Source: an uncultured Clostridium sp. (GTDB lineage: Bacteria > Bacillota > Clostridia > TANB77 > CAG-508). From it: a stretch of 64,000 bases of DNA. The DNA lies in the NCBI GenBank assembly GCA_948467495.1, contig CAOKEO010000004.1, forward strand, positions 185-64,184. The letters are read 5' to 3'. A program made the translations under genes and the position numbers. The notes below the pieces were generated by a model that saw only the letters and a list, made by a program, of their open reading frames with translations, did not search any database and was not told where the DNA came from. Positions 1 through 9,902 of the stretch are shown piece by piece; the first letter of the stretch is position 1; each line of letters opens with the position of its first letter.

Positions 1-230
1 CAACCCTTTACTTTCTTTTTCCATTACTATCACATCCTAAAAAATATTACCTTATCCTTTTTAGATAAACTTTTTAACATTTCTCACCTTCATTTTTTTC
101 GATTTTATCAATTAATTTTTTAAGATTTTAGATATAATTTGCAAATTCACTAGACATTTTTTCATATTTTGTGATATCATATTAAGGAACAAAAGAAATC
201 AACCAAATTGGTTTTAGTGGAGGGAAAAAT

Positions 231-623
231 ATGAACAAAACAAAAAAAATAATTCTTATTTTTATAATGATGCTTTTTTTATTTACTTATCATTTCTGTT
301 ACGCTGTTGACTTAGATATGACAGATGATTTAACAAATGGTATAAACTTAACAAATAATACATCAGATGATGAAGATGAAGATGTGGAAGAAAATTCTGT
401 TACAGATAATACAGAAAATAATACAAATTCCACATCATCAAATGTTACCAGTAATTCTACTTCCAACACAAATACTACAAATTCATCTGCTACCGTAAGT
501 AACGTAAATTCAAATACTAGTTCTGGTTTACAATTATCCAATATTCTTAACATATTATTAATTGTGATTGGCATATTATTAATCTTATTATCAATAGCTA
601 TTCTTATTCGATTAAAAAAATAA
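231..623 (+). CDS. small secreted/membrane-anchored protein with an Asn/Ser/Thr/Asp-rich low-complexity core
   Basis: ATG follows a GGAGGG RBS. N-terminal hydrophobic signal-like segment and C-terminal TM helix ending in KK. Hairpin terminator follows. Confidence 0.5.
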   Translation: MNKTKKIILIFIMMLFLFTYHFCYAVDLDMTDDLTNGINLTNNTSDDEDEDVEENSVTDNTENNTNSTSSNVTSNSTSNTNTTNSSATVSNVNSNTSSGLQLSNILNILLIVIGILLILLSIAILIRLKK

Positions 624-630
624 ATTGTTA

Positions 631-658
631 AAAACTCTCATTTTTGAGAGTTTTTTTG
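631..658 (+). terminator. rho-independent terminator
   Basis: aaaactctca / tgagagtttt stem with a 4-nt loop and a T-run. Confidence 0.6.
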
Positions 659-775
659 ATATTTTTGTAGGTATATTTTACTCTTTTTTTTTGAATACTA
701 TTCATAGTATTTAATTTTCATATTTTATATGAAAACTAATAAGCTTATTAAAATTTTAAATAGGAGGATAATTTT

Positions 776-1225
776 ATGTACAAAAAATTATTAATTAGTG
801 CTGCTCTTCTTATAATTGGTATCTTCTCTTTTACTATTTGTTTTGCAAATAATGGTTTACAAGATGCAGCAAATGGCGTAAGAGACGTAGTTGGTGGTGC
901 TGAAAATGCTGTGGAAAATGCGGCTAAAGATATGTCAAATGCTTCTAAAGATGCTACCGGTAAAATGGAAGAAGGCGCTAACAATGTAGGAAATGCTGTT
1001 ATGAATAACCACAACAACAATGACAATAACAATGATGCTAGAACAGGTACTGCAAACAATAATTATACAGCAACTAGAACTGCCGCAACAGATACTACAT
1101 TCATGGGAATGACTGCTACTGCTTGGACTTGGCTTATTATGGGAATTGCTGCTATTGCCATTGTAGCTTTAGTTTGGTATTATTCAATGCAACTTCGTTC
1201 ATCTGATACAAATGGAAGAGATTAA
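776..1225 (+). CDS. small membrane-anchored protein, Asn-rich, function unknown
   Basis: AGGAGG RBS. N-terminal signal/TM segment and C-terminal TM helix. Terminator follows. Confidence 0.5.
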   Translation: MYKKLLISAALLIIGIFSFTICFANNGLQDAANGVRDVVGGAENAVENAAKDMSNASKDATGKMEEGANNVGNAVMNNHNNNDNNNDARTGTANNNYTATRTAATDTTFMGMTATAWTWLIMGIAAIAIVALVWYYSMQLRSSDTNGRD

Positions 1226-1233
1226 TTGATAAA

Positions 1234-1267
1234 GTTGTTAAAAGCTATACTTTTAACAACTTTTTTC
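1234..1267 (+). terminator. rho-independent terminator
   Basis: gttgttaaaag / cttttaacaac stem followed by TTTTTT. Confidence 0.6.
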
Positions 1268-1335
1268 AAGTTTTTCTTTTGTTCTTTCTAAATATGTGTT
1301 ATAATAAACGAAATTTAGAAATGAGGTATCCATCA

Positions 1336-1791
1336 ATGAATATAAAACTAATTGCAAAAAATCCAACTGCGTGCCATAATTTCCAAATAGATGATAAAAT
1401 AGAAACTGGTATTGTTTTAACAGGTACAGAAATAAAATCGATTCGAAGCGGAAAAGTCAATTTAAAAGATTGTTATGCCTATGTTAAAAACGGTGAAGTT
1501 TTTATCTGTGGCATGCACATTAGTCCTTATGAACATGGAAATATCTTTAATAAGGACCCTTTACGCACAAGAAAATTATTGTTACATAAAAAAGAAATCA
1601 TGAAACTTATTGGTTTAACCAAACAACAAGGCTATAGCCTTGTTCCTATTAGCTTATATTTTAAAGGAAGTTGTGTAAAAGTTGAATTAGGTATTGGTAA
1701 AGGAAAAAAACTTTATGATAAACGCCAAGATTTGGCAAAAAAAGATGCTCAAAAACAAATTGCAATTCATCTAAAAAATAAACAATATTAA
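1336..1791 (+). CDS. smpB: SsrA-binding protein SmpB
   Basis: MNIKLIAKN...[13 protein letters not shown]...ISPYEHGN...[12 protein letters not shown] is typical SmpB. The start was moved to the internal ATG at 1336, which gives the normal length. Confidence 0.9.
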   Translation: MNIKLIAKNPTACHNFQIDDKIETGIVLTGTEIKSIRSGKVNLKDCYAYVKNGEVFICGMHISPYEHGNIFNKDPLRTRKLLLHKKEIMKLIGLTKQQGYSLVPISLYFKGSCVKVELGIGKGKKLYDKRQDLAKKDAQKQIAIHLKNKQY

Positions 1792-1843
1792 TTGCAAAAG
1801 TACCAAAAGGACTGTTCTTTTTGAATTTTTCCAAATCATTAAT

Positions 1844-1965
1844 AAAAGGTTATTATCATTTTTATTTACAACTCTTAGGCATGACACAGTCTGTAAAATG
1901 TTTAACAGACCCTATCTTGTTGATTCCCCCTGAAATGTTGCTTCATAAAAAGTATAATAACCTTT
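1844..1965. repeat. dispersed MITE-like repeat, family 3 copy (acagtctgtaa...aacagac core, 13-bp terminal inverted repeat aaaaggttattat)
   Basis: About 65% by-eye similarity to the copies at 57792..57972 and 25710..25811. Intergenic between smpB and fba. Confidence 0.45.
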
Positions 1966-2022
1966 TCATAAATACAAAATATCTAAATTGCCAAAAAGAA
2001 CCATCTTCTTGGCAATATATAC

Positions 2023-2952
2023 TTAAATCTTATTGCTTGAACCGAAAACATCCACCATTTTATGTTTTACTGTCTCTTTGATTAATTCTCTTGCAGGTTT
2101 TAAGTATTTTCTAGGATCAAAAGCATTTGGTTCTTCTGCTAAAACTTTTCTAATTCCTCCTGTCATAGCTAAGCGTAAATCAGTATCTACATTTATTTTA
2201 GATACGCCAGAATTACTTGCTTGATGCAATATTTCATCTGGGACTCCTTTTGCTCCTGGTATATCTCCTCCATATTGATTACACATTTCTACTAATTCTG
2301 GAATAACCGTAGAAGCTCCATGTAATACGATTGGTGTATTTGGTATTCTTTCTTTTATTTCTTTTAAAATATCAAATCTTAGTTTTGCTTCTCCTTTAAA
2401 TTTGTACGCTCCATGACTGGTTCCAATGGCAATAGCTAAAGAATCACAACCTGTTCTTTCTACAAATTCTTGTGCTTGTGCTGGGTCTGTGTACATAGCA
2501 TCAGAAGCATCGACATTGACATCATCTTCTATCCCTGCTAATTTTCCAAGTTCTGCTTCCACTACCACTCCTTTACTATGAGCATAGTCTACTACTTTTT
2601 TGGTTAGTGCTACATTTTCTTCAAAATCATATTTGGAACCATCTATCATAACCGATGTAAATCCATTATCAATACACATTTTAGCAGTCTCAAAATCTGG
2701 TCCATGATCTAAATGAATGGCAATTGGAACTTCTGGATGTTCCTCTACTGCTGCTTCTATCATTTTCATTAAATAATTAACTCTTGCATACTTGATAGCA
2801 CTAGCAGAAGCTTGCAAAATAACTGGTGATTTACTCTCGTGAGCTGCATCCACAATGGCTTGGATTATTTCCATATTGTTTACATTAAAGGCACCAATAG
2901 CAAAACCTTCTTTCATTGATTTTTCAAACATTTCCTTGGTTGTTACTAACAT
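2023..2952 (-). CDS. fba: class II fructose-1,6-bisphosphate aldolase
   Basis: MLVTTKEMFEKSMKEGFAIGAFNVNNME...IHLDHG...VMIDGS...GTSHGAYKF is the class II FBA signature. Start at 2952 sits behind an AGGAGGAG RBS. The longer ORF in the track is an upstream extension. Confidence 0.92.
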   Translation of the reverse strand: MLVTTKEMFEKSMKEGFAIGAFNVNNMEIIQAIVDAAHESKSPVILQASASAIKYARVNYLMKMIEAAVEEHPEVPIAIHLDHGPDFETAKMCIDNGFTSVMIDGSKYDFEENVALTKKVVDYAHSKGVVVEAELGKLAGIEDDVNVDASDAMYTDPAQAQEFVERTGCDSLAIAIGTSHGAYKFKGEAKLRFDILKEIKERIPNTPIVLHGASTVIPELVEMCNQYGGDIPGAKGVPDEILHQASNSGVSKINVDTDLRLAMTGGIRKVLAEEPNAFDPRKYLKPARELIKETVKHKMVDVFGSSNKI

Positions 2953-3061
2953 ACTTATCTCCTCCTTTTTTGCTATTGTATTTCTATTTTTACGAAATGT
3001 CAAGTACCTTGTATGTAAAAGAGATAAGACAGAATCTCCTCTTATCTCTTGTTCTTTTTTT

Positions 3062-3229
3062 CTATTGTTCATCAAATTTGTAACTTGCACACATTGATTC
3101 GTCTGCTGTTTCTGTATTAACATCTTCCATTGGTGCTACATGAATTGCCTCTAATGTACATTTTGACTTTTCTTGATTATTGTATTTACAACTTGTGACT
3201 GTACAATTTATTTTTTGATTCTCTTCCAT
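3062..3229 (-). CDS. small Cys-rich DUF1540-like protein (55 aa)
   Basis: Not in the ORF track (under 60 aa). GGAGGT RBS plus ATG. Translates as MEENQKINCTVTSCKYNNQEKSKCTLEAIHVAP...ESMCASYKFDEQ, with the C-x-x-x-x-C...C pattern of DUF1540. Confidence 0.55.
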   Translation of the reverse strand: MEENQKINCTVTSCKYNNQEKSKCTLEAIHVAPMEDVNTETADESMCASYKFDEQ

Positions 3230-3292
3230 TTTGTACCTCCCACTTTTTTTATATGTTTAGTATGTGCAAATTTTATAAAATTATTTTCAAAT

Positions 3293-3769
3293 TTAATGAC
3301 ACTCTTTTTTTCTTTCTCCTAATTTTTTACTATCTTCTTTTTGTATTAGACATTTTTCTGGTGGTTGCTGAAAACTTAAATACCAAGATATTCCATTTCT
3401 ATTTTTCTCAATTTCTTCCTTTCTTTTTTGTAATTCTGCAAAAGTCCTTGGCGGAGGAACAATCACTGGCTGACCTGGCATCCAGTTAGCTGCTGTGGAA
3501 CCCTTACTACAATCTGCCATCTGTAAGGCTTGCACAGTTCGAATAATTTCTGGAATAAAACGTCCAACATTGAGTGGATAAATTAAAATCGTTCTTACGA
3601 TTCCTTTATCATCAATAATAAAAACATTTCTTACTGTTTCTGTATTGCTAATATCATTAGCAATCATTCCATATTTTCTGGCAATTTGACCATTTCGGTC
3701 TGCAATAATGGGGAATGATACTTTCATTCCTGTTTTACAATAAATATCATACATCCAAGCTAAATGGGA
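3293..3769 (-). pseudogene. peroxiredoxin (AhpC/TSA, Prx6-like), 3' segment of a gene split into three pieces
   Basis: ...SH|LAWMYDIYCKTGMKVSFPIIADRNGQIARKYGM...NVFIIDDKGIVR... is the C-terminal two thirds of a peroxiredoxin. The frame is closed by TAA just upstream of the junction. Confidence 0.8.
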
Positions 3770-3846
3770 AGCATTGCGAATTTTACCAACTTAAAATCAT
3801 ACTTATTATATCAATTTCTAGGTTTATTATATTTTAATAGTAGTAA

Positions 3847-5436
3847 TCATGCACTTTGTATGATACATAGGTCATTTAACTGTTCATTTATGATATTCAG
3901 TTCTGAAAAATTAAAATAAATATAAATATTTTTATATTCATCTAATTCCACTCTGTCTATTAACTCATATAATATTTTCTTACTTGGTTTTTCCATCTCT
4001 AAAAATGTATCAATGACATTTTCTATTTCTTCATCATTTTCATGATTTTTTTGTTTGTTTTTTAATGTACTCATTTTATTTTCTGTATTCGATTTTTCTT
4101 TTTTTAGTCTTTCTCTTTCTTCGATAAAATCTTTTGAATACCTAAAATAATCCTCATTTGTTATCATTCCATTTACACTATCTAAATACATTTTATCAAT
4201 TTTTTTCGATACATCTGCTATTCTATTTTCTATCTCCTTTAAGTGAAACATTTCTTTTTCCATCAAAGTTTCATAGTTATTTTTGCATTTTTCGTATATA
4301 TGTTTCAATTCGTTCTTATCTGCATAGGTTTTACATATTTGCCTAATAATATACAAAGTTTTTTCTTCAAATTTGTTATAATTATAATTGCAAGTCTTAC
4401 ACTTTCTATCTTTTCCTCTTGCTAAACTACAGTCTATGTATCCTATTTTAGTGTTTTTACCTCTATAACATACTCTAGATTTTCTGCCACAATTATGACA
4501 AAATAGCAAACCTTTCAATAGAAAATCATGTTTTGTTGTTGATAAAGTTTTTTTACTTTTCATAATCTCTTGTACTTTAGCAAACAATTCTTTTGAAATA
4601 ATGGCATCATGCGTATTTTCCACTCTAATATATTCTTCTGGTGTTTTCTTCCTTTTCTTTTTGATTTTATAAGAAATAGAAACACACTTATTTTGAACGG
4701 TATTTCCAATATAGGCTTCATTTATGAGTATTGCTCTTATACTTTTCGGATTCCAAGTTTCTCTTTGATGACTCATGTTCCTATATTGACTTGGTGTTTT
4801 TATATTTTCTTGATCTAATATGGTTGCTATTTTTTGAAATCCATTTCCTTCTGAATATAATTCAAAAATTTGCTTCACTATGTAAGAAACATTGGTGTCA
4901 ATTTCTAGTTTGTTTTTTTGTGTTTTGCTTTTTTGATAGCCATAAGGTGCATAGCTTCCTAGATACTCACCTTTTAGTTCCTTTTCTTTTAGCACTCCTT
5001 TAATTTTTTTCGATATATCTTTGGCATACATATCATTTATAATTGCTTTAAATGGTGTTACATCATTATTAGTTGTATCAAAATAAGTATCTATTCCATC
5101 TAATATAGAAACATATCGAATATCGTTTTCTGGAAAATAATTTTCTATGTAATAACCTGTTTTTATATAGTCTCTACCAAGTCTTGATAAATCTTTGGTA
5201 ATGACCATATTAATTCTTTTTTCTTCTATGTCTGAAATCATTCTTTTAAATTCTGGTCTTTCAAAGGTTGTTCCTGAAATTCCATCATCTACATATTCAT
5301 CTATAAGAATATATTCATTTTCTTTGATGTATCTTTGCAATATATTTCTTTGATTTGATACACTTTCACTTTCTAATTTATCTCCATCTTCACGAGATAA
5401 ACGTATATAAATTCCTACTTTAAAAGTTTTATTCAT
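3847..5436 (-). CDS. large serine recombinase (resolvase/invertase N-domain plus recombinase and zinc-ribbon domains)
   Basis: VGIYIRLSREDGD...SVSNQR...DDGISGTTFERPEF...DLSRLGRD catalytic domain. Cys cluster CHNCG...C...CKTC. 529 aa. Confidence 0.9.
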   Translation of the reverse strand: MNKTFKVGIYIRLSREDGDKLESESVSNQRNILQRYIKENEYILIDEYVDDGISGTTFERPEFKRMISDIEEKRINMVITKDLSRLGRDYIKTGYYIENYFPENDIRYVSILDGIDTYFDTTNNDVTPFKAIINDMYAKDISKKIKGVLKEKELKGEYLGSYAPYGYQKSKTQKNKLEIDTNVSYIVKQIFELYSEGNGFQKIATILDQENIKTPSQYRNMSHQRETWNPKSIRAILINEAYIGNTVQNKCVSISYKIKKKRKKTPEEYIRVENTHDAIISKELFAKVQEIMKSKKTLSTTKHDFLLKGLLFCHNCGRKSRVCYRGKNTKIGYIDCSLARGKDRKCKTCNYNYNKFEEKTLYIIRQICKTYADKNELKHIYEKCKNNYETLMEKEMFHLKEIENRIADVSKKIDKMYLDSVNGMITNEDYFRYSKDFIEERERLKKEKSNTENKMSTLKNKQKNHENDEEIENVIDTFLEMEKPSKKILYELIDRVELDEYKNIYIYFNFSELNIINEQLNDLCIIQSA

Positions 5437-5497
5437 AATTGTTCCGATTGCTAAAAACCATAATTCATCATCCCCAATTCTTAGATTGGAAAAGAAT

Positions 5498-5593
5498 TGG
5501 TCTTTTGGCTAGGCAAATGAAATTTTAATTTATGAGGCGTACTTTTGTACGTTGATTAAATTAAAATTGAAATTTAACGACGCCAAAAGTCAA
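5498..5593. repeat. long imperfect palindrome (nested inverted repeats) upstream of the element A recombinase
   Basis: cttttggc...gccaaaag, aaattttaatttat...attaaattaaaatt, and ggcgtac tttt gtacgtt at the centre. Confidence 0.45.
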
Positions 5594-5640
5594 TTATTTT
5601 TCAATCTTTGTTCCTAGCAATCACCTGCTTAGGAAACATT

Positions 5641-5787
5641 CTAATACTTTTGCCTATTCTTTTCAATTTCTTCTTTTGTTTGTATTCCTTCTTTTATATA
5701 TATTTCAAATGCTTTTCCCATTTTCTCATATATATCTTCTTTTTCTGAATTAAATATACAATATACTTTATCTTTTTGTTCCTTCAT
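5641..5787 (-). CDS. small hypothetical protein (48 aa)
   Basis: AAGGTGA RBS plus ATG. Translates as MKEQKDKVYCIFNSEKEDIYEKMGKAFEIYIKEGIQTKEEIEKNRQKY. Below the ORF-track size cut-off. Confidence 0.3.
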   Translation of the reverse strand: MKEQKDKVYCIFNSEKEDIYEKMGKAFEIYIKEGIQTKEEIEKNRQKY

Positions 5788-5927
5788 ATTTCACCTTCTT
5801 TGAAATTGTCTTGTTATAGATATATTAAAAATCGTACAAAAAAATAACAAGTTTTTATTTTACTTGTTATTTCATAAAATTTGTATTTATTTTTAGACAC
5901 AATAATCCCTTTTAGATATTAGAATTT

Positions 5928-6869
5928 CTAGGTATCACTTGAGCAATTTTTAATATACAATATATTTTTATTTTGCAAACCTAATTTTATAATTTCCTTT
6001 CTAAGCCAAACGTTATCTAATTTCATAATCTCATTTTGAAACTTTTCATGAAATAATTTTTCCATATTGTTCTGCACTTCTAAATCTTTTGCCAACAAAT
6101 AACTTTTCCCCTCTTTTAAACAAATAAGATTCAGCATCCATTTTGTCCCAATACTATTTAATGTTTCATATATTATTTTTTTATTTTCTAATATGCTATC
6201 TTTATCCCATATTGTTACTTGTGCAAAAATTGGTGGCAAAATGTCATTTACATTTTCTATCTTTGTATCATTTTCTATTGCTTTTTTTAAATTATGATTA
6301 ATTGCTAATTGACATTCTTTAAAATACTTTTCTGGATATGTTTCATCCTTAATTATTTTTTCTAATTCTTTATAAGCAATAATATCTCTTTTCGTTGTTA
6401 TTTTTGCTTTTAAATTTAATGTATTATCTAAAATTGCAGACATAAGTAAAACTGCTAAATCCTCTGAAATTTGTCCAATCATGTGTTCTTTTTCAAATAA
6501 TTCAACTATTATGGTTGCTACTGAACCTATAAATTCTATTTGCGCTTTTTCTTTTAATTTATCTTTCCAATATATTTCATATCCTACATGGTGGTCTATG
6601 ATTCCAATTATCTTTTCTTCTTGTACAAATGTATCAAAATAATCTTTATTTGATACATCTATAATCACATACTCATCTTCTTTATCTGGTTTATATTCAT
6701 CTAATTTAGAAGCTAATTTCATAAGACTTAGGGTTATACTTTCATTTAATTTTGCTGTTGAAATAGCTTTTGCTTTTATCCCTTTCAAATTTAATAATTT
6801 AGCATAGGCAATACAACCTGCATAAGCATCTATATCTATGTATTTTTTTCCAGAGGTTACCACTACCAT
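5928..6869 (-). CDS. DHH/DHHA2-family phosphoesterase, similar to family II (PpaC-type) pyrophosphatases
   Basis: IDIDAYAG..., IIDHHVGYE (DHH motif), GSVATIIVE, LLMSAILDNTLNLKAKITTKRD. Last gene of a tight operon. Confidence 0.65.
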   Translation of the reverse strand: MVVVTSGKKYIDIDAYAGCIAYAKLLNLKGIKAKAISTAKLNESITLSLMKLASKLDEYKPDKEDEYVIIDVSNKDYFDTFVQEEKIIGIIDHHVGYEIYWKDKLKEKAQIEFIGSVATIIVELFEKEHMIGQISEDLAVLLMSAILDNTLNLKAKITTKRDIIAYKELEKIIKDETYPEKYFKECQLAINHNLKKAIENDTKIENVNDILPPIFAQVTIWDKDSILENKKIIYETLNSIGTKWMLNLICLKEGKSYLLAKDLEVQNNMEKLFHEKFQNEIMKLDNVWLRKEIIKLGLQNKNILYIKNCSSDT

Positions 6870-6870
6870 T

Positions 6871-8049
6871 TTATATTATCTCCTTTTCTTGTTCCTCTAA
6901 TCTTAATAAACGATTATACTTTGCAATTCTATCGCCTCTTCTTGGTCCTCCAATTTTTATATAGGTAGCATTTAATGCTACTGCTAAATCACACATAAAA
7001 GTATCTTCTGTTTCAATACTTCTTTGCGAAACACATGTTGTCATATTTTCTCTTTTTGCTTTACAAAAAGCATTTATGGTTCCTGTTAAAGTTCCTACTT
7101 GATTCATTTTTATTATGATACCATTTGCCAATTCACTATTGATGTATTTATCTCGTGTTGCAAATAAATCATCTCCTACAATACTAATAGTTTTATACTC
7201 TGATTTCATCTTTTTCCAATATGCTTCATCTTTTGAATCAAATGGGTCTTCTATATAGGTAATATTATATTTTTCAATATATTGATTTAATATATCATTT
7301 AGTTCGTTTGATTGTATTGTTTTACCTTGATAGATATAAATTTCATCTTTAAAAAAATGTTCTGCTGCTACATCGATTGCAATGGTTACCTTATTTTCAT
7401 AGTTTAAGGTTTTTATTGTATTTAATACCATTTCAAATTTTTCATCTATTGTCATTTCTTCTACAATCATTCCACTTGATGAACCATAGGCTATTAAAAT
7501 ATCTTTTTTCTTTAATTCATTTTCTATATAAGAATAAATGTCAGTAATTGCTTGTATGGCTTTTGAAAATGGGTGAATATCAACGGCGAGCATTATATTT
7601 TGAATGGAACCTTTTTCTTTTTGATTATGTACTCCACCAGAAAATGTCGCAATTAATGGAATTGGTGATTTCCTGTATTTCTTATAATTTGCTACCTTTT
7701 CTATATATTCTACCAATGTTAAATTTTGAATTTGTGCCATTATTCTTGCAAATGCTAATGAAAATGGCAAACAAATGTTAGAACCTAATTCATGCATATA
7801 ACTATCTAATATAGAATCAAATTCTTCTTGATTTTTTAGCTCTCTATTGCAAACTTCATATATCATCTCATTTAATTTGCTTTCGTTCACTTTATTGGTT
7901 GTTATTACTTCCCTTTTTCCAGGTATAATGGCTGATGGAGATGAACTAATGGCTCTTATATTATAATCTGTTCTTATTTCCACTTCTATGGCTTTTTTTC
8001 CAACTGAATTTAATATTTCTCTTATTTTAATTTCTTCTATTTTTATCAT
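6871..8049 (-). CDS. divergent enolase-family protein in which several catalytic residues appear substituted
   Basis: Enolase motifs IDVAAEHF, IEDPF, VGDDLFAT, IIKMNQVGT, SQRSIETED, IKIGGPRRGDRIAKYNRLLRLEE. QNIML replaces QEFMI and GSSSG replaces GDEGG. Confidence 0.75.
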   Translation of the reverse strand: MIKIEEIKIREILNSVGKKAIEVEIRTDYNIRAISSSPSAIIPGKREVITTNKVNESKLNEMIYEVCNRELKNQEEFDSILDSYMHELGSNICLPFSLAFARIMAQIQNLTLVEYIEKVANYKKYRKSPIPLIATFSGGVHNQKEKGSIQNIMLAVDIHPFSKAIQAITDIYSYIENELKKKDILIAYGSSSGMIVEEMTIDEKFEMVLNTIKTLNYENKVTIAIDVAAEHFFKDEIYIYQGKTIQSNELNDILNQYIEKYNITYIEDPFDSKDEAYWKKMKSEYKTISIVGDDLFATRDKYINSELANGIIIKMNQVGTLTGTINAFCKAKRENMTTCVSQRSIETEDTFMCDLAVALNATYIKIGGPRRGDRIAKYNRLLRLEEQEKEII

Positions 8050-9316
8050 TCAAAATCTCCTTTGTAATATAGGGAAAAATATCAATTGCTTTTTCGATTG
8101 GTAATTTTCCTTTACTAGCATTTTCTTCATCAAATTTTACACTTCCATCATTTTGCACATTTCCTCCTGCGATTAAGACTGGTACTTGATCCGTAGAATG
8201 AATTTTTAGTTCACATGGTGTAGCATGGTCACATGTTACAATTACAATATCATCTTCTTTTATGTCTTTTATTAGATTCGATAAAAAATATTGATCAATC
8301 AATTCAATTGCTTCCACTTTTTCTTTTGGTTTATTATCATGACCTGGCTCATCTGGTCCTTTTATATGAATAAATTTAACATCTGATTCATCTGCTACTA
8401 AAATTTTTTCAGCATTTATTAAAAATTCTTTATCTAATTGTAAATCTAAAGATTTAGAAAAAGTAAATTTGGCACCAATTAACTTTGCTATTGCATTTTC
8501 AGCTGGCAATTGACCATACATGGAAAGTGTAAGTCCAAACTTTTCTTGAAATTTTGGCATTTGCTTAGGTTCTTCTCCACCATCTCTAAAAATCAAATAA
8601 TTAGCTGCTAATTCACCTTTTTCTATTCTTTTTTTATTTACTTCGTTATTTGCTAAAATTTCACTTGACTGTTCTATAAAATCATTAACCATATTAGCAG
8701 TTAGTTTACTTTCTTCTTTTTCATCTAATGAAAAACACCTCAATGGTTTTGGTTCATAATTTTTTACAGGTGCTCCCCATACTCCATTTTTTCTAAATCC
8801 AGGGTCTGTGTTAGATACATTACCAGATAATTTTTCTGTTTTAGTATAAAAAACTAATATGCCTCTATGGTGTCCAAATGCTAATAATTTAAAGCTAACA
8901 TTATAGTTAGATAAATCCACATTTTCTGTTATATCTTTAGCTAAAGTTTGTAATTCTTCATCTTCTAATCCTCTAGCAGTTCTTCTATCTAAGGTTCCTA
9001 ATTTTTCATCATAAGAGGCAAAATTGACTCGAAAAGCTACATAATTGTATTCTTCTGGAATAAAGCCTGTTCCTAATCCTTCTAGTGTTCCTCTTCCTGG
9101 ATAATAAACTTGAGGGTCATAAGAAAGTAGCGCCATACTTCCTGAATCAGACTCTGGCGTTATACTTTTATCTATTACAGTTACTAATGCTTGTTTACCC
9201 TTTTTAACCAATGCATCTAATGCTGGTGTATTTGCAGCTTCTAAAGGCGTTTTATTGCCAAGCATTTCTATCTTTCTGTCTGCTGCCCCATCTAATAGAA
9301 TCATATAAATTTTCAT
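8027..9316 (-). CDS. archaeal-type cofactor-independent phosphoglycerate mutase-like metalloenzyme (ApgM family, alkaline-phosphatase superfamily)
   Basis: MKIYMILLDGAADR...GNKTPLEAANTPALDAL...PESDSGSMALLSYDP...GRGTLEG...IKGPDEPGHDN...CDHATP. Start taken at 9316; an alternative ATG lies at 9349. Confidence 0.7.
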   Translation of the reverse strand: MKIYMILLDGAADRKIEMLGNKTPLEAANTPALDALVKKGKQALVTVIDKSITPESDSGSMALLSYDPQVYYPGRGTLEGLGTGFIPEEYNYVAFRVNFASYDEKLGTLDRRTARGLEDEELQTLAKDITENVDLSNYNVSFKLLAFGHHRGILVFYTKTEKLSGNVSNTDPGFRKNGVWGAPVKNYEPKPLRCFSLDEKEESKLTANMVNDFIEQSSEILANNEVNKKRIEKGELAANYLIFRDGGEEPKQMPKFQEKFGLTLSMYGQLPAENAIAKLIGAKFTFSKSLDLQLDKEFLINAEKILVADESDVKFIHIKGPDEPGHDNKPKEKVEAIELIDQYFLSNLIKDIKEDDIVIVTCDHATPCELKIHSTDQVPVLIAGGNVQNDGSVKFDEENASKGKLPIEKAIDIFPYITKEILNDKNRRN

Positions 9317-9320
9317 ATTA

Positions 9321-9902
9321 CTATCTTCCCTTATTTTCATTTTCTTCATCTAAAAAACTTTTTATTCTTTGATCCAAGCTATGCTCTTTAATATAATGAT
9401 AAACAAATTTAGGAACAAATTGTTTCCATTCTTTTTCTTCTTGAATGCATTTTCTAATATCAGAAGCACTTATTCCTTTTTCTTCTAATGTAACTCTCCA
9501 TAAAACTTCAACATCTAATTTTAAATCATTTTGCAAAGATTTTAGTTTTTCTTCTCCCCATTCATCATAGATTGTCATATAATATTTTGCATCTAAAGGG
9601 GCATAATTAAAAATTTTGTCTGGGAAATTAATTGGAAAAGGAACAATATCAAATTCTTCTTGTTTTACTCCCGCTTCTATCATAGAATATTTAATACATT
9701 CCATCCTTTCAAAATAAGTAAGTGGATTAGAACTTTTCTTTGATCTATGAGGATTGGCATCTGTATATTTCGTTAAATCCACTTCTGGATTACAAATTCC
9801 TATTATTAAATGTTCACATCGCTCTTTTCCTGCTAATAAATATTTCATATGATCATTATGTAATAATTGAAATCTACCATGTATAACGCCTACTTTATCC
9901 AT
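9321..9902 (-). CDS. cytidylyltransferase-fold nucleotidyltransferase, NadM (archaeal NMN adenylyltransferase)-like
   Basis: GVIHGRFQLLHNDH (GRFQxxHxxH motif), LIIGI, and the C-terminal ISASDIR...WKQFVP pattern resemble archaeal NMNAT. First gene of the operon. Confidence 0.65.
   Translation of the reverse strand: MDKVGVIHGRFQLLHNDHMKYLLAGKERCEHLIIGICNPEVDLTKYTDANPHRSKKSSNPLTYFERMECIKYSMIEAGVKQEEFDIVPFPINFPDKIFNYAPLDAKYYMTIYDEWGEEKLKSLQNDLKLDVEVLWRVTLEEKGISASDIRKCIQEEKEWKQFVPKFVYHYIKEHSLDQRIKSFLDEENENKGR

Noticed and set aside
299-1059. Antisense or overlapping ORFs in the track (for example 299..574, 748..1059, 27537..27818, 34760..35233, 38424..38935 and many 60-90 aa ORFs opposite long genes)
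   Set aside because: These are shadow ORFs opposite well-supported genes. They have low-complexity or Leu/Phe-rich translations and lack an RBS.
1792-2022. Expected a tmRNA (ssrA) gene next to smpB
   Set aside because: Only about 230 nt are available. The region has no GGGG...tRNA-like ends or TCCACCA 3' end, and it is mostly occupied by a family 3 repeat copy.
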